Below, piece after piece: positions 1 through 23,790 of a stretch of 64,000 nucleotides of DNA; positions within the stretch are counted from its first letter, which is position 1; every line of letters begins with the position of its first letter. The translations under genes were made by a program, and so were the position numbers. The DNA is from the human T2T-CHM13v2.0 reference genome, Homo sapiens. The notes beneath the pieces are model-generated. The model was not told the origin of the DNA. It searched no databases and saw only the letters and a program-made list of their open reading frames with translations. The stretch lies in the NCBI RefSeq assembly GCF_009914755.1, contig NC_060928.1; one strand, 5' to 3'.

Positions 1-1119
1 CAAAGTTTTTTTGTGTGTGATTGAAGTTAAGTTGCATTAGCTTGAGATGGACTTTTATAAGCATAATAAGTTTTATGTATGCCTCATAAAGCACAAAGCA
101 AAAACATATAGTAGCTATAGAATAACCACAAAGCAAAAACATATAGTAGCTATAGAATAGGTAAAGAGAAAAGATACCTCTACAGAAATCATCAAATTAT
201 AAAGAAAGACAGAAAGAGAGAAAGACGGAAACAAAAGGTGATAAAATGCCAGAAAAAAATTCACAAAATGACAACCATAAATTTTTACCTATCATTAATT
301 ATGTTGAATGTAAGTATACTAAATTTTCCAATCAAAAGATGTAGAATGGCTGAATGGATAAATAAACAAGAGCTAATATGCTGTCTATGGTGTTTGCAAG
401 AGATTGTTTTTCAGCTTTAAAGTCATATATTGACCGAAAGTGAAGAAATGGAAAAAATATTCCATAAAAATGGAAGCCAAAGGAGAGCAGCAGTAGCTAC
501 ACTTTTATTAGAAAAAATAGACTTTAAGCCAAAAGCTGTAAAAATATGCATTAAGCTAAAGAGCTTCTGCACAGCATAGAAAACAATTAACAAAGTGAAG
601 AGGCAACCAACAGAATGGGATAAAATATTTGCAGTTAGTAACTAAAATAATATACAAAGAACTGAAACATCTCAGTAGCAAAAATAGAAACAAAAACAAA
701 AACAATCTGATTTAAAAATGGGCAAAATATCTGAACAAATATTTCTTAAAGTAAGACATACAAATGGCCAAGAGGTATATGAAAAAATGTTTACCATCAC
801 TAACCACCAAGGAAATGCAAATCAAAACCTCAATGAGACATCATCCCACCCCAGTCAGAATGTCTATTGTTAAACAAGACAAAAAATAACAAACTCTGAT
901 GAGGATGTGAAGAAAGGAAAATGTTTGCCTATTGGTGGAAATATAAAGTAGTACAGCCATTAGAAAAAACAGTATTGAGGTTCCTCAAACAGCTAAAAAT
1001 AGAACTAGCATATCATCTAGCAATCTCACTTCTAGGTATGTGTATTGTATGTATTATAGTCAATTCTAGGTATATGTATTACAGTCAATTCTCACATTGC
1101 TATGAAGAAATACCAGATA

Positions 1120-4046
<2,927 letters not shown>

Positions 4047-5571
4047 GAAAGAAGGTTTAATTGGCTCATGTGTCTGCAGGCTGTACAGGAAACATAGGGG
4101 GATCTGCTTTGGGGGAGGCCTCAGGGAGCTTTCAATTGTGGTGGAAGGCAAGGGAGAGAAGACACATCACATGGCTACAGCAGGAGAAAGAGAGAGAGTG
4201 GGGAGGTGCCAGACACTTTTAAATAACCAGATTTCACAAGAACTCGCTCACTATCATGAGGATAGCACCAAGTGAGTGGTGCTAAACTATTAATGAGAAA
4301 TCCATTCCCATGTTCCAATCACCTCCAACCAGGCCTTACTTTCAACATTGGGGATTACAATTCAACATGGGATTTGGCTGCAGACATGTATCCAAACTTT
4401 ATCAGTATTTATACAAGAGAAAAGAAATCATTATACCAAAGAAAAGAAATCAGTATACCAAGGAGGTATCTGTAGTCGCATGTTTATTGCGGCACTGTTT
4501 ACAATAGCCAAGATAGAAATCAACCTGTTTAATCATCAATGAATAAACAGCTGAAGAAAATGTAGCATATATACAGAATGGAATCCTATTCAGCCTTAAA
4601 ATACAACAAAATTCCATCATTTGCAGCAGGATGGATGGTACTGGAAGTCATTATATTAAGTGAAATAAGCAAGGCATGGAAAGACAAATATTGCATGTTC
4701 TCACTCATAGATGGGAGCTAAAAATGTGTATATCATAAAGGTAGAGAGTAGAATGGTGGTTACCAGAGACTGGGAAGGGAAGGGAAGATAAAGAGAAGTT
4801 TTTTAAGGGGTGCAAAAATATAGTTAGATAGAAGGAATAAGTTCTAGTGTTTCATAGTACAGCTGGAAAATTATAGTAAAAAATAATTTATCGTATATTT
4901 CAAAATACTAGAAAAATTGTAATGTTCTCATCACACAGAAACGATACTTGTTTGAGGTGATAGATATCCCAATTACCCAGATTTGATCATTATATTGTAT
5001 ACAGGTATCAAAACATCACATGTACCCCCAAAATATGTGTAACTATTACATGTCAATTTTTTAAAAACTGTAAAAAGAGAGAAAGAAGGTTATTATGTCA
5101 TGATAATGGTGTCAATTCATCAAGAGGTTATAACAATTGGAAAATGCATGCACTCAATATTTAAGTGCTTAAATATATTAAGCAAATAATAGATCTGAAG
5201 GGACAGATAGTAATACTATAGTAATAGGGAATTTCAATACCCCACTTTCACCCATGAGTAGACCTTTCAGATAGAAAATCAACTAAAAAATTTGGATTTT
5301 AACTGCACACTAGACCTAATTATCATATACAGAACATTCCTCCCAATGGCAGTAGGATACACATTCTTCTCAAGTGCACACAGAGCATTCTCCAGGATAG
5401 ACCATGTTTTGTTACAAAACAAATCTTAACAAATTTAAAAAGATTGAAATTATGTCAAATATCTTTTCCAAGCATAATAGTAATAAACTAGAACTCAATC
5501 ACAAGAACAAAAGTTGAAAATTCACGTTTACGTGGAAATTGAATAATATACTCTTCAACAACCAATAGGTC

Positions 5572-8271
5572 TATATCTGTTTTGTTTTGCTAAAACAAAA
5601 AACCACCTATTGGGTAATCTGTGAAGAAAAGATTATTTCTCACAGTTCTGGAGGGTGGAAAATCCAATATCAAGGTACTGACATCTGGCAGGGGTCTTCT
5701 TGCTATGTCATCGTATGGCAGAAAGTGAGACAATGAGAGAAGGTAAAAGAGAGCAAGAAGGGGTCAAATTTGATTTTATAATAAAACCAATATTGTGAAA
5801 ATGATATGGTTTGGCTGTGTCCCCACCTAAATCTCATCTTGAATTCTAACCCGACAGTTTCCACTTGTCACGGGAGGAACCTAGTGGGAGGTGATTGAAT
5901 TATGAGTGTGGGTTTTTCCTGCACTGTTCTCATGATAGTGAATAAGTCTCATGAGATCTGATGGTTTTAAAAATGGGATTTTTCCTGTACAAACTCTCCT
6001 TTTGCCTGCTGCCATCCATGCAAGAAGTGACTTGCTTCTCCTTGCCTTCCACCATGATTGTGAGGCCTACCCAGCCACATGATACTGTGAGTCCGATTAA
6101 CCTTCTTTCTTTGGTAAATTGCCCAGTCTTGGGTATGTTTTTATTAGCAGCATGAAAATGGACTAATACAGTAAACTGGTACCAGTAGAGTGGGGTACTG
6201 CTGTAGATACCCAAAAATGTGGAAGTGACTTTGGAACAGGGTAACAGGCAGAAATTGGAACAGTTTGGTGGGCTCAGAAGAAGAAAGGAAAATGTTGAAG
6301 TTTTTAACTTCCTAGAGACTTGTTGAATGGCTTTGCCCAAAATGCTGATAGTGATATGACAATAAAGTCCAGGTTGAGGTTGTCTCAGATGGACATGAGG
6401 AATTTGTTGGGAACTGGTGCAAAGGCAACTCTTACTATGCTTTAGCAAAGAGACTGGCAGCATTTTGCCTCTGCCTTAGAGATTTGTGGAACTTTGAACT
6501 TGAGAGGGATGATTTAGAGTATCTGGCAGAAGAAATTTCTAAGTGGCAAAGCATTCAAGAGTTGACTTGGGTGCTGTTAAAGGCATTCAGTTTTATAAGG
6601 GAAGTAGAGCATAAAAGTTCAAAAAATTTGCAGCCTGACAATGCAATAGAAAAGAAAATCCCATTTACTGAGGAGAAATTCAAGTTGGCTGCAGAAATTT
6701 GCCTAAGTAACTAAGGGCTGAATGTTAATCCTCAAGACAATGGGGATAATGGCTTTAGGGTATGCCAGAGGTCTTCCCAGCAGCCCCTCCACCACAGGCC
6801 CCAAAGCCTAGGAGGAAAATTGGTTTTGTGGGTCAGGCCCAGGGTCCCCATGTTGTGTGCAGCCTAGGGACTTGGTGATCTGCATCACAGCCACTGCCAT
6901 TGAGGCTGAAAGGGGCCAATATAGAGCTTGGCTATGGCTTCAGAGGGTGCAAGCCTCAAGCCTTGGCAGCTTACACATGGTGTTGAGCCTGTGAGTGCAC
7001 AGAAGTCAAGAATTGAGGTTTGGGAAACTCCCCCGAGATTTCAGAGGATGTATGGAAATGCTGGATGTCCAGGCAGAGGTTTGCTGCAGGAGAGGGGCTC
7101 TTTTATGGAGAGACTCTGCTAGGGCAGTTAGGAAGGGAAATGTGGGGTCAGAGATCCCACACAGAGTCCCTACTGCAGCACTGCCTAGTGGAGCTGTGAG
7201 GAGAAGGCCACCATACTACAGACCCCAGAATGGTAGATCCACTGATAGCTTGCAGTGGGCACCTGAAAAAGGCACAGACACTCAATACCAGTCCATGAAA
7301 GCAGCTGGGAGGGAAGCTATACCTTGCAAAGCCACAGGAGTGGAGCTGCCTAAGACCATGGGAACCCACCTCTTGCATCAGCATGACCTGGATGTGAGAC
7401 ATGGAGTCAAAGGAGATCATTTTGGAGCTTTAAGATTTGACTACCCCACTGGATTTCAGACTTTCATGGGGCCTGTAGCCCCTTTGTTTTGGCCAATTTC
7501 TCCCATTTGAAGCATCTGTATTTACCCAATGTCTGTATCCCCATTGTATCTAGGAAGTAACTAACTTGCTTTTGATTTTACACACTCATAGATAGAAAGG
7601 ACTTGCTGTATTTCAGATGAGACTTTGGACTGTGGACTTCTGAGTTAATGCTGAAATGAGTTAAGACTTTGGAGGACTGTTGGGAAGGCATGATTGGTTT
7701 TGAAATGTGAGGACATGAGATTTGAGTGGGTCCAGGGATGAAATGATATGGTTTGGCTGTGTTCCCACACAAATTTTATCTTGAATTGTAACTCCCACAA
7801 TTTCCACATGTCATGGGAAGAACTCAGTGGGAGGTGATTGAATTATGGGTGTGGGTCTGTCCCCCACTGTTCTTGTGATAGTGAATAAGTCTCACAAGAT
7901 CTGATGGTTTTAAAAACGGGAGTTTCCCTGCACAAGCTCTCTTTTTGCCTGCTGCCATCCAGGTAAGACATGACTTTCTCCGTTTTGACTTCTGCTATGA
8001 TTGTGAGGCCTCGCGAGCCACATGGAACTGTGAGTCCAATTAAACCTCTTTCTTTTGTAAATTGCCCAGTCTTGGGTACGTCTTTATCAGCAGTGTGAAA
8101 ATGGGCTAATACAGATAACAAATCCACTCCCATCATAACAACATAATTCATTTATGAGGGCAGAAACTTCATGACCTAATCACCTCTTAAAGGTTTTAGT
8201 ACTCAACACTATTGTATTGTAGATTAAGTTCTCAATGCATGAAATTTGGTGGACAGATTCAAACCATAGCA
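5572..8271 (-). mobile_element. MaLR solo LTR (MSTC/MLT1A-like) interrupted by a THE1 provirus
   Basis: Pieces 5572-5801 and 8114-8271 (ctcacagttctggagg.., catgacctaatcacctcttaaagg..aaaccatagca); TSD aggtc (5567-5571) / gggtc (8272-8276). Confidence 0.75.
5802..8113 (+). mobile_element. Complete THE1 (THE1B-like) MaLR provirus: LTR 5802-6170, internal 6171-7743, LTR 7744-8113
   Basis: Both LTRs start tgatatggtttggctgtgt and end ctaataca; internal region starts gtaaactggtaccagtagagtggggt; TSD gaaaa (5797-5801) / gataa (8114-8118). Confidence 0.93.
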
Positions 8272-9000
8272 GGGTCAAGAAGAAATAAAAAGGAAACTTA
8301 AAAATATCTTGAGACAAATGCAAATTGAAATGTGACATACCAAAAACTCATGGGGTACAGTGAAATCAGTTCTGTAAGGAAAGTTAACAACAATAAATGC
8401 CTACATGAAGATAAAAGAAAGCTCTCAAATAAACAACCTAATTTAACAAGAAAAAGGAGAACAAACTAAACCCAAAGTGAGTAGAAGGAGGGAAATAACA
8501 AAGATTGGAACAGAAATAAAAGAGAAACTTGAAAACAATAGAAAAGATAAACAAAACTAAGAGTTTTTTTTTGTTTGAAGATAAACAAAATTGTCAAAGC
8601 TTTAGTTTGGCTAACTAGAAAAAAAAGAAAAAAGACTGAAAAACGTAAAAAATGAACAAGAAGACATTGTAACTGATATCCCAGTAAAACAAGGGGTCAC
8701 AAAACTATTATATACAATTATATGCTAATAAATTGGATAACCTAGAAAAAATTGATAAATTCCTAGAAACATATAACCAATCATGACTGAATCATCAGGA
8801 CATAGAAAATCTGAACAGACCAGTAACATGTAAGGAGATTGAATCAGTAATCAAAAATCTCCCATCAAAGAAAAACCTAGGACCTGATGGTTTTGCTGTT
8901 GAATTTTATCAAACATTTAAGGAAGAATTAAAACCAATCCTCAAATTCCTCCACAAATTTGAATAGAGAGGAAAACTTTCAAATTTATTTTATGAAAACC

Positions 9001-9122
9001 AACTCTTAGCTTTGTTTATCTTTTCTATTGTTTTCAAGTCTCTCTTTTATTTCTGTTCCAATCTTTGTTATTTCCTGCTTTCTACTCACTTTGGGCTTAG
9101 TTTGTTCTTTTTCTTTTTCTTG
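9001..9122 (-). repeat. Inverted copy of 8447-8565 inserted within the same old L1
   Basis: Reverse complement of 9001-9122 aligns to 8447-8565 at roughly 90% identity by eye. Confidence 0.9.
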
Positions 9123-10759
9123 ATACCAAAGCCAGAGAAGGTCACTAAAAGAAATGAAAATTACAGGCCAACATCTCTGATGAACATAAGATACAAAATC
9201 CTCAACAAAAAATAACATTTCAACAGCACACTGAAAAGATTATTATGCCATGATCAAGTAAGATTTATTTCCAGGATCCAAGGATGGTTCAACAAATGCA
9301 AATCAGTAAGCATTATATATCACATTAGCAGAGTAAAAGACAAAAATGACATGATCATATCAATAGATGCAGAAAAAACTTTTGACAAAATTTGACATGC
9401 TTTCATGATAAAAACTCTCAACAAATTAGGTAGAGAAGGCATGTACTGCAACACAATAAAGGTCGTATATAATGAGCCCGAGCTAATATCATACTCAAAT
9501 GAAAAGCTGAAGGCTTTTCCTCTATGATCAGGTACATACATGACAAGGATGTCTAAAATTGCCTCTCTGTTCAACATAATATTGGTATTCTTAGCCATAA
9601 AAATTAGGCAAAAAAGAAAGAATCAAATAAAAGACATTCAAATATGAAAGGAAAGGAAGAAGTAGAATTGTCTCTGTTTGAAGACAACATGAGCTTATAC
9701 ATAGAAAACCCTAATGACTGTAATAAAATTTGTTAGAACTAATAAAATATTTCAGTCAAGTTGCAGAATACAAAATCAATTGTATTTTATACAATAGTAA
9801 GAAAATATCTGAAAAATAAATTAAAAAAAAAACTCACAGTAGCACCAAAAAGTATAAAATACTTAGGAATAATTTTAACCAATGAGGTACAAGATCTGCA
9901 CACTGTAAATGATAAGACATTGATTGATGAAGGAAAATGAAGAAGACACAAGTAAATGAAAAGCCACCCCGTGTTCATGGATTAGAAGAATTAATATTGT
10001 TGAAATGTCCTTACTACCCAAAATCATATACACATTCATGGAAATCCCCATTAATTTTCTAATGATATTTTCTACATAAATAGAAAAAAATCCTGACATT
10101 TGTATAGAATCACAAAAGCCCCCAAATTGTTAAAGCAATCTTGAATAGGAAGAACACAGCTGGAGGCATCACACTTCCTGATTTCAGGTTATATTACAAA
10201 GCTGTAGCAATCAAGACAGTATGGTACTAGCATAAAATCAGACACATAGACCAATGTAATAGAATAGAAATGCCAGAAATAAACCCATAGGTATATTGTC
10301 AAGTAATCTTTGACAAAGGCATGAAGAATACACAATGGGAAAGGGGTAGTCTCTTCAATAAATGGTATTGGTCAAACTGAAAATCCACATGCAAAAAACA
10401 ATTAAATTGGATTCTTATCTTTTACCATAAAGAAAATCAATTTAAAATGGATTAAAGACTTAATATAGAACTTGAAATGATAAAACACTTAGAATAAAAC
10501 AGGGAAAAAGCTCCAAGACTTTGGTTTTGGCAATTTTTTTTTTAGATATGACACCAAAAACATAGGTAACAAAAACAAAAATAAACAAGTAGAACTACTT
10601 CAAACTAAAAAGTTTCTATACAACAAAGGAAACAATCAACAAAATGAAAAGGCAACCCACAAAATGGGAGAAAATATTTGCACGCCATATATCCAACAAG
10701 AGGTTAATATACAAAATATATAAGAAACTCATACAATTCAGTAGCAAAAAAAAAAATCA

Positions 10760-11169
<410 letters not shown>

Positions 11170-11172
11170 TCA

Positions 11173-11660
<488 letters not shown>

Positions 11661-12724
11661 AAGGAAATCCTGTCATTTGCAACAACATGGTTGAAGCTTA
11701 TGCTGTGTGAAAGACATCAGACACAGAAAGATAAATACCGCACAATGTCACTTATATATGCAATCTTAAAAAGTCAAATTAATAGAAACAGAGAGTAGAA
11801 GGGTGGTTATCATGATTAGGCAGATTGGGGAAAATGGAGAGATGTTGGTCATAGAATACAGACTTGAATTTATAGCATGAATAAATTCCAGAGATCTAAT
11901 TTGCAGCACAATAACTATAGTTAATAATAATGTATTGTATCCTTAATAATTACTAAGAGAGTAGATATTAGATATTCTTACCAGACAAAAAACAGCTATG
12001 TGAGGTGATGGATATGTTAATTATTTCAATTGTGGTAATCATTTCACAATGCATGGTATATCAAAACATTTAATGTATAATGCTTGAATCTATACAATTT
12101 TTATTTGCTAATTCTGCCTCAATGAAGCTAACACAAGTTATATGTTACAACATTAGTTAAATGTTTATGGAGCTGAATGAGAGTCCACATGGGCTGCCCT
12201 TGTTTTTCTGTGTGTAGCTTAAAACCTCCATTCACCAATATAACATTGTGATAGGTATTTCCTAAACGTCATGAAGCACATATAAATTAAATACGTCCAT
12301 CATGGACTTATTTTATTTGAAGATTTTCCTTGGAGACCCTTAGAAGAATGTCCGTGAATGATTTAAAAATTCTCTCTGTTTCCAAGAGATTGTTGGCTTT
12401 GATGGTATCTTGCATTGGAATTGGGACAATGACACTTAGCTTGCCAGAAGTATTTGTGAAGAAATTGCCACATTCATTGATAAAGTAAAAACCTAAACTT
12501 TTAAGACTAACAATGGAGGAAAAAAAATCTCCATGGGAATATCAACTGGATAACTCTTATATCATTCAGCGGTCTTAGGTTGCAAATGACAGAAATCCAA
12601 ATGGAAGTAAAAGGCAAAAGATGACCTGTTAAAAAGATCCTGATATAATCCTCAGAATCAATTGAATTGAAAAACAACCCAGGTTTGGAAGGCAGAAACT
12701 TTGGAAACTCTTTCTGGGATTTTA

Positions 12725-13211
12725 TTAGTTAGGATATCAGTTCAGCTATTTTAATAGCATGGCTTAAACAAGACAGGAGGTTTAGTCCTGTCATCCCTTT
12801 TGTAAAAGCATGAGTGAGCAGACAGTCTAGGGAAAGAACGTCACTTGATACATGTTATCTGAAGTCCACAGTTCCTTCTCTCTGTTTGTTCTACCAGACC
12901 CAAATGTGTTGTGCCTTCTGCATGTTCTATTCAGGATTACCTTCTGTTGAATCTAAGCTCCAGTCCCCTATAAAAGGGAAAAACATGCAAGAGAACAAAC
13001 TGTTTCATTGTAACTAAGAGTGTGATACAGAAGTTGCTCACATTACTTCTGTTCACATAGCTTTGTCCAAACTTAGTCATGTTGCTTCAAGGAGCCTGAG
13101 AGTACAGTTTTTAACTGGTAAGCTATACACCACACTAAAACTTGGGGTTTCTATTACTAAAAGGAAGAATGGAAGAAATGATACTGGGGACTAACAGCAG
13201 TCTCCACCACA
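12725..13211 (-). mobile_element. Old MLT1 (I/J/K-like) LTR
   Basis: ggcttaaacaagac.., acttctgttcacat.., ttctattactaaaaggaagaa..gtctccaccaca resemble MLT1 LTR motifs. Confidence 0.5.
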
Positions 13212-13508
13212 GAAATAATAACCCTTAAATATGGTAAAGAGTCTATCTTTGCTGTCTTTGCTACGTTTCTCTTTTTCTCTCTACCAATGGGCTTCATTTT
13301 ATCTTATTGCAGGATACACAGCAAGAAGTATGGTAATCAATGGCCCTGTGTTTATACTTCCCTAGTTTCAAACTTGCCTTCTCCAACAGGTAGACTCAAT
13401 GGTTTCTTTGTATTTAGCTCATTTCCCAGGGAGGCTATGACTAGACAGGGAGGTGGGTTTTTATTTAACACACTTATTAAGCACGTATATGCCAGGAAAC
13501 CTTCTAGA

Positions 13509-13665
13509 CCGGGGTCAAATATGGCCAGCCCACAAAGTTTTATTGGAACCCAGTCACATTCATTTGTTTCCATATTGTCCATTGAGTAGTTGAAATAGAA
13601 ACAGCATGTTCTCAAAGCCTAAAATGTTATTATTTGGACTTTTACAAAAAGTTTGCTTACTTCTC
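13509..13665. mobile_element. MER58A-like hAT-Charlie MITE inserted in an L2 remnant
   Basis: Degenerate TIRs (cggggtc..aaa / gtttgc..c), internal aaagttttattggaacccagtcac, ttctaga duplicated on both sides; L2-like flanks. Confidence 0.65.
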
Positions 13666-14809
13666 TTCTAGAGGCTAGGGATACAGTGGTGATCAAGACA
13701 TAGATGGTTTCTATCCTTATGAAGCAGAATCTGCCTTCCAAGATTCAGTTTTCTTGGTGATTCCTAGCTCTTACTAGGGTGTTGGATAGAGGAAATGATC
13801 TATTCATATATCTGCATCGGCTTTCAGGTCTGTTTGGTATAGCCCTAAACAACATAAGTCCAAACAGAGTCACACCATTGCAACCCTAGTTTAGTGTCCT
13901 TATGAATTACTGAAGAGATTTTAGAATTGTCAAAATGACCTTCATACCTTTGGTTATGTCTTGTACTTGGCTCTTGGTCCTTCATGGGCCATGGTTAATT
14001 CAAACTATCAGTTACGTTACCTGTTCATATTGCTGTTTTCTTTCTTCTGACCATTTTTCATATGACTTGCTCCATTTCTCCATTTTTGCTCTCATACTAT
14101 TTGTATTATTTTGAAAATTAGTGAATTACCTGCAATTGAAATCATATATTTTTTCTCTCATTTGAATATCTCCATTCTTTTCATTTTGTTCCTCAATTTT
14201 CTTAAAATTTTATGGATACGAATTCAGAATGTAGACATTCTTTCAGTTAGATTGAGGTTACTCATTATAGGCCTCACTCAATCTGCAAAGTAATGCAGCA
14301 CATTAGATTAACAATCATGTACTCTCTGCTGTAGGATGGCATCCCACCAATGTCTGATTATAAGTATCAAGATTAGAGCCTTCCTCTAACACAGCCATTG
14401 GGAGTTCAGAATTTGTCTGTCTAGAAATATGCTGCCATCAGTATGTGGATAATTAATATAATGGGAAGTAATGAAATGGGGGTAAAGGTACCAGGGCCTC
14501 ATGGTAGGAGAAATTTATGACAGGGTGAACTTTATAATAAGAACAAAGTATACGTTAGTACATTTATCAAAGGGTGGGAATTCAAAATGTATTGAATATG
14601 GTGTGTGCTCATTGACCTCATGACTTCAAACCAAATCAGGACTGAGAGGCTTATTGTGGCCTCATTTAGTTTATTAGCTGAGGGCTTATTCTTCTTGATT
14701 TTGCACTTGTCTTGGGTGTGTTCAGCTGTCTCTTTCTTCTCCTTCCTTCTACCCACCCTGACTTCCTTTCTTTCTTCCTTCTTTTTCTGTTTTCTTCCTT
14801 CCTTTTTTC

Positions 14810-20968
<6,159 letters not shown>

Positions 20969-21092
20969 CTTCCTTCCTTTCTTCTTCCCCCAGCTTTTCC
21001 TTCCTTCCTTCCTTCCTTCCTTCTTTCCTTCCCTCCTCCTCCTGATCCTCCTCCTTCTTCTTCTTTTTCTCCTTCTCCCCTTCCTTCCTTCC
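20969..21092. repeat. CT-rich (TTCC)n low-complexity tract, continuous with 14728-14809 before L1 B inserted
   Basis: Seen directly. Confidence 0.85.
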
Positions 21093-23629
21093 ATCACATT
21101 TTTATGAGTATGAATTCCTTCAGCTCAGTTTTTTTCTATAAATGGCAATGAACTTTTTAAATGACTAGATAAATAATTGATACTATTAAAGAACTGTGAA
21201 ATGATAACAAGACAGTATAATAATTGTCTAGTTAGCATCATTAGACTGATGATTTGACACTGCTACCAACTAAAACATTATCTTCTTTTAAGGCAGCCCT
21301 GAGTAGCTTTATGCTTTATGTGTATAGTATAAACTTGAATGTCTTTAAAGTTTCTATAATTTAACATTTTTATTAGGCTTTCCTAAGATTCTGATTTATT
21401 GGCAATTACAATTGAGGGATGTTCCTCATACTTCCCAGGACTTCCCAAGTTGTTTCATACAGTGTGGGCAGATTTCTAGACATTGTTGTTACCCTGATTA
21501 CTTATACCTAAGCAGGTGTGATGTTTAATAACTGCAATAGTAATAGGAATAAGTAGATAACACCGCCGTAGTGCTAAGTCATAAGTGCTTTACACAGACT
21601 AACTCTTTACTAGTCAGCACTCTATCATTAGCTCCATTTTAGAGGTGAGGTTATTGAGACCCACCACTGGTAAGTGACAGAACTGCGGGATTTCATCCTA
21701 GGTTCTTGTATTCACCTATAAATACTGTGCTCTAGTGTCTTTCATTTGCCACATAACAGAACAGTTGTGTGGTGCTGAAAAACAGGACGGTCCTAGGAAT
21801 TAGCTTACTTAAGTTCTAAAACCAACTTTCCACTAATGGGAAATTTACCTTGGTTTACTTAAGTGATTTGGGGGATTAGATTGTATTGGTATTTCTCAAG
21901 GTATGTCCCTAGACATGTTCTATAAAAAATAAGTGAAATAAGCTTTTAAAATGCTGCAAGGTATATTCCCCTCTTGGGAAGAGTTCCAAAAAGCCCTGCA
22001 ATAAAGATACCTATCTCACTTTGTTTGACTCAGCTCTTGCTAAATTTTTGACCAAGGGATGCCCTTTCAGGGAAGAATGAAAGGCATATCACACTTAACC
22101 AGGCTAGGTAACTAGAGGTTTATGAAACTACTTTCAGAACTCTGAACCACATAACCTTTGATGCCTCTTTCAGCCTCAAAATCCCTATGATTATAAATAC
22201 TAATTGTTTATCTATATATGTTTGCCAGTCTGTTTGTATTTACCTATAACATTGACAACAAGATTACTGAGAGTTTGATGAACCCACATATAATGTTCTG
22301 GGTAGAAAGTAGTTTATACTCTTCAGAAACAAACACAGCCCAGTAGTATCAAATTTACACTTTGAGCCCCTTCCAACTGGTTTTCTGGCATGTATTACTT
22401 ATGTTCCCCATCAAGCTAAAGTGGAACTTACCTTAACCATAGTTTATTAAAAGGTTTAATGACAATAATTTTCGGTTGAAGTTAACTGAATTATAGTTTT
22501 ACTTGCAAAAGGGTGTACGTTGTAATATCACTGCAGTCTTGGTGTACATAATAGAAAGAAGTATTCACAATGTTTGTTTCACCATTTACAGAATTTTCTG
22601 CAAAGATCTGCCTCTAGCAGAAGAATAATTTCTTTACTTTTTTTTCTAGCTGTTTCAAGAGCTAGTTTAAAGCTCTCAGTTTAAACTCTCTGAATGCGAG
22701 CTGTGTGAACTTACTATTCTGTGTCCATTTGTGAAAATACATACAGGGAGGGCTTTCCTGACTTCATTTCTGTAGCCACAGTTCAAAGCTGTAAATGGCA
22801 CACAGAATTGCTTTTAGAGCAAGTACACTGAAGCCCTTTATAAAAGAGGAATCAAGGGATTTGAGAACCTGTTTCAATTTCCTCCCACAATCAAGAAGTA
22901 AGAAATTAGAGTTGACAGAGTAGTTCTTCATGAGCATTTAAGGTGGTGAAATTGAACTTAAGCAACTTATTATCCTCAAGTTTTACCCAGATTCAAGAAG
23001 TGAGAAATTAGACTTGCTAAGTGAAAAGATCTCATCCTGCAAAATTGAACAAATGGGCAATTTGACAAAGTGCCACTGTAATATGATGGGTTAGCTAAGA
23101 CCTTCAGAAATGAGACACTCTTGTAGCATGAATGAGCTCTACTGGAAAAAAAAAAGAATGGAGAAATATTTTGTGCAGAAACACTGAACTGGGTACTTCT
23201 CTCCCAAAGGAATTTTTAATGGTTCTAGTCAGCTTTGAAAAGAGACTTAATGGGCTATATTGGCCTCTTTTATGGAATTTTCAGCTGGCACACTCTTCTA
23301 GCTTTCAGTCAGAAATTTAAGTGCTAGTGACTTAAATTGAAATTCTTGACAGACACCTTACCAAGTATCTTCTCCCTCTTTGTGCAAGACAAAGTATAGA
23401 TCTTTAGCTGACCCAGGGGTCCCTTCTTTTTCAGGACGTGCTTTTCATTCATTGTATGTCTGCCTTGGGGTGATTGTGCACCTGGCCTTATGGAGGATTG
23501 ATATATAAAATTGGTCTGAGAAAGATGAGTCACTTATTGTGTAATCTCAAAGTGGAAAGGCACAGAAACATCCCATGAAAACTCACTCTCAAGGGGATTT
23601 TTTGGCATGCTGGTCCAAATAATTGGAAC

Positions 23630-23790
23630 CTTATATTCTAGCTCTACCACCTTCTAGTTGCAAGATCTCAAGCCAATTACTTAACTTCTCTTAACTTCAG
23701 TTGTCTCATCTATAAAATGGGGTTTATCAAACTATCTCCTTGGCAGAGTTGTCAGGATCAAAAGAGTCAAAATGTATGAAGCACTGGGCA
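23630..23790 (+). mobile_element. MIR remnant (others near 21560-21720, 30860-31070, 32810-32980, 55915-56050, 57900-58010)
   Basis: MIR core acttaacttctct..cagttgtctcatctataaaatggg, or its reverse complement. Confidence 0.6.

Noticed and set aside
92-159. 33-bp direct repeat as a CRISPR-like array
   Set aside because: Only two adjacent copies inside an L1 in human DNA, with no spacers or cas genes.
6060-8025. PRDM9 hotspot motif in the THE1 LTRs as a driver of the L1 sequence exchange
   Set aside because: The motif positions read cctacccagccac and cctcgcgagccac; neither fits CCNCCNTNNCCNC.
5930-8151. ORFs of 100-177 aa
   Set aside because: They lie within the THE1 LTRs or internal region and are repeat-derived remnants.
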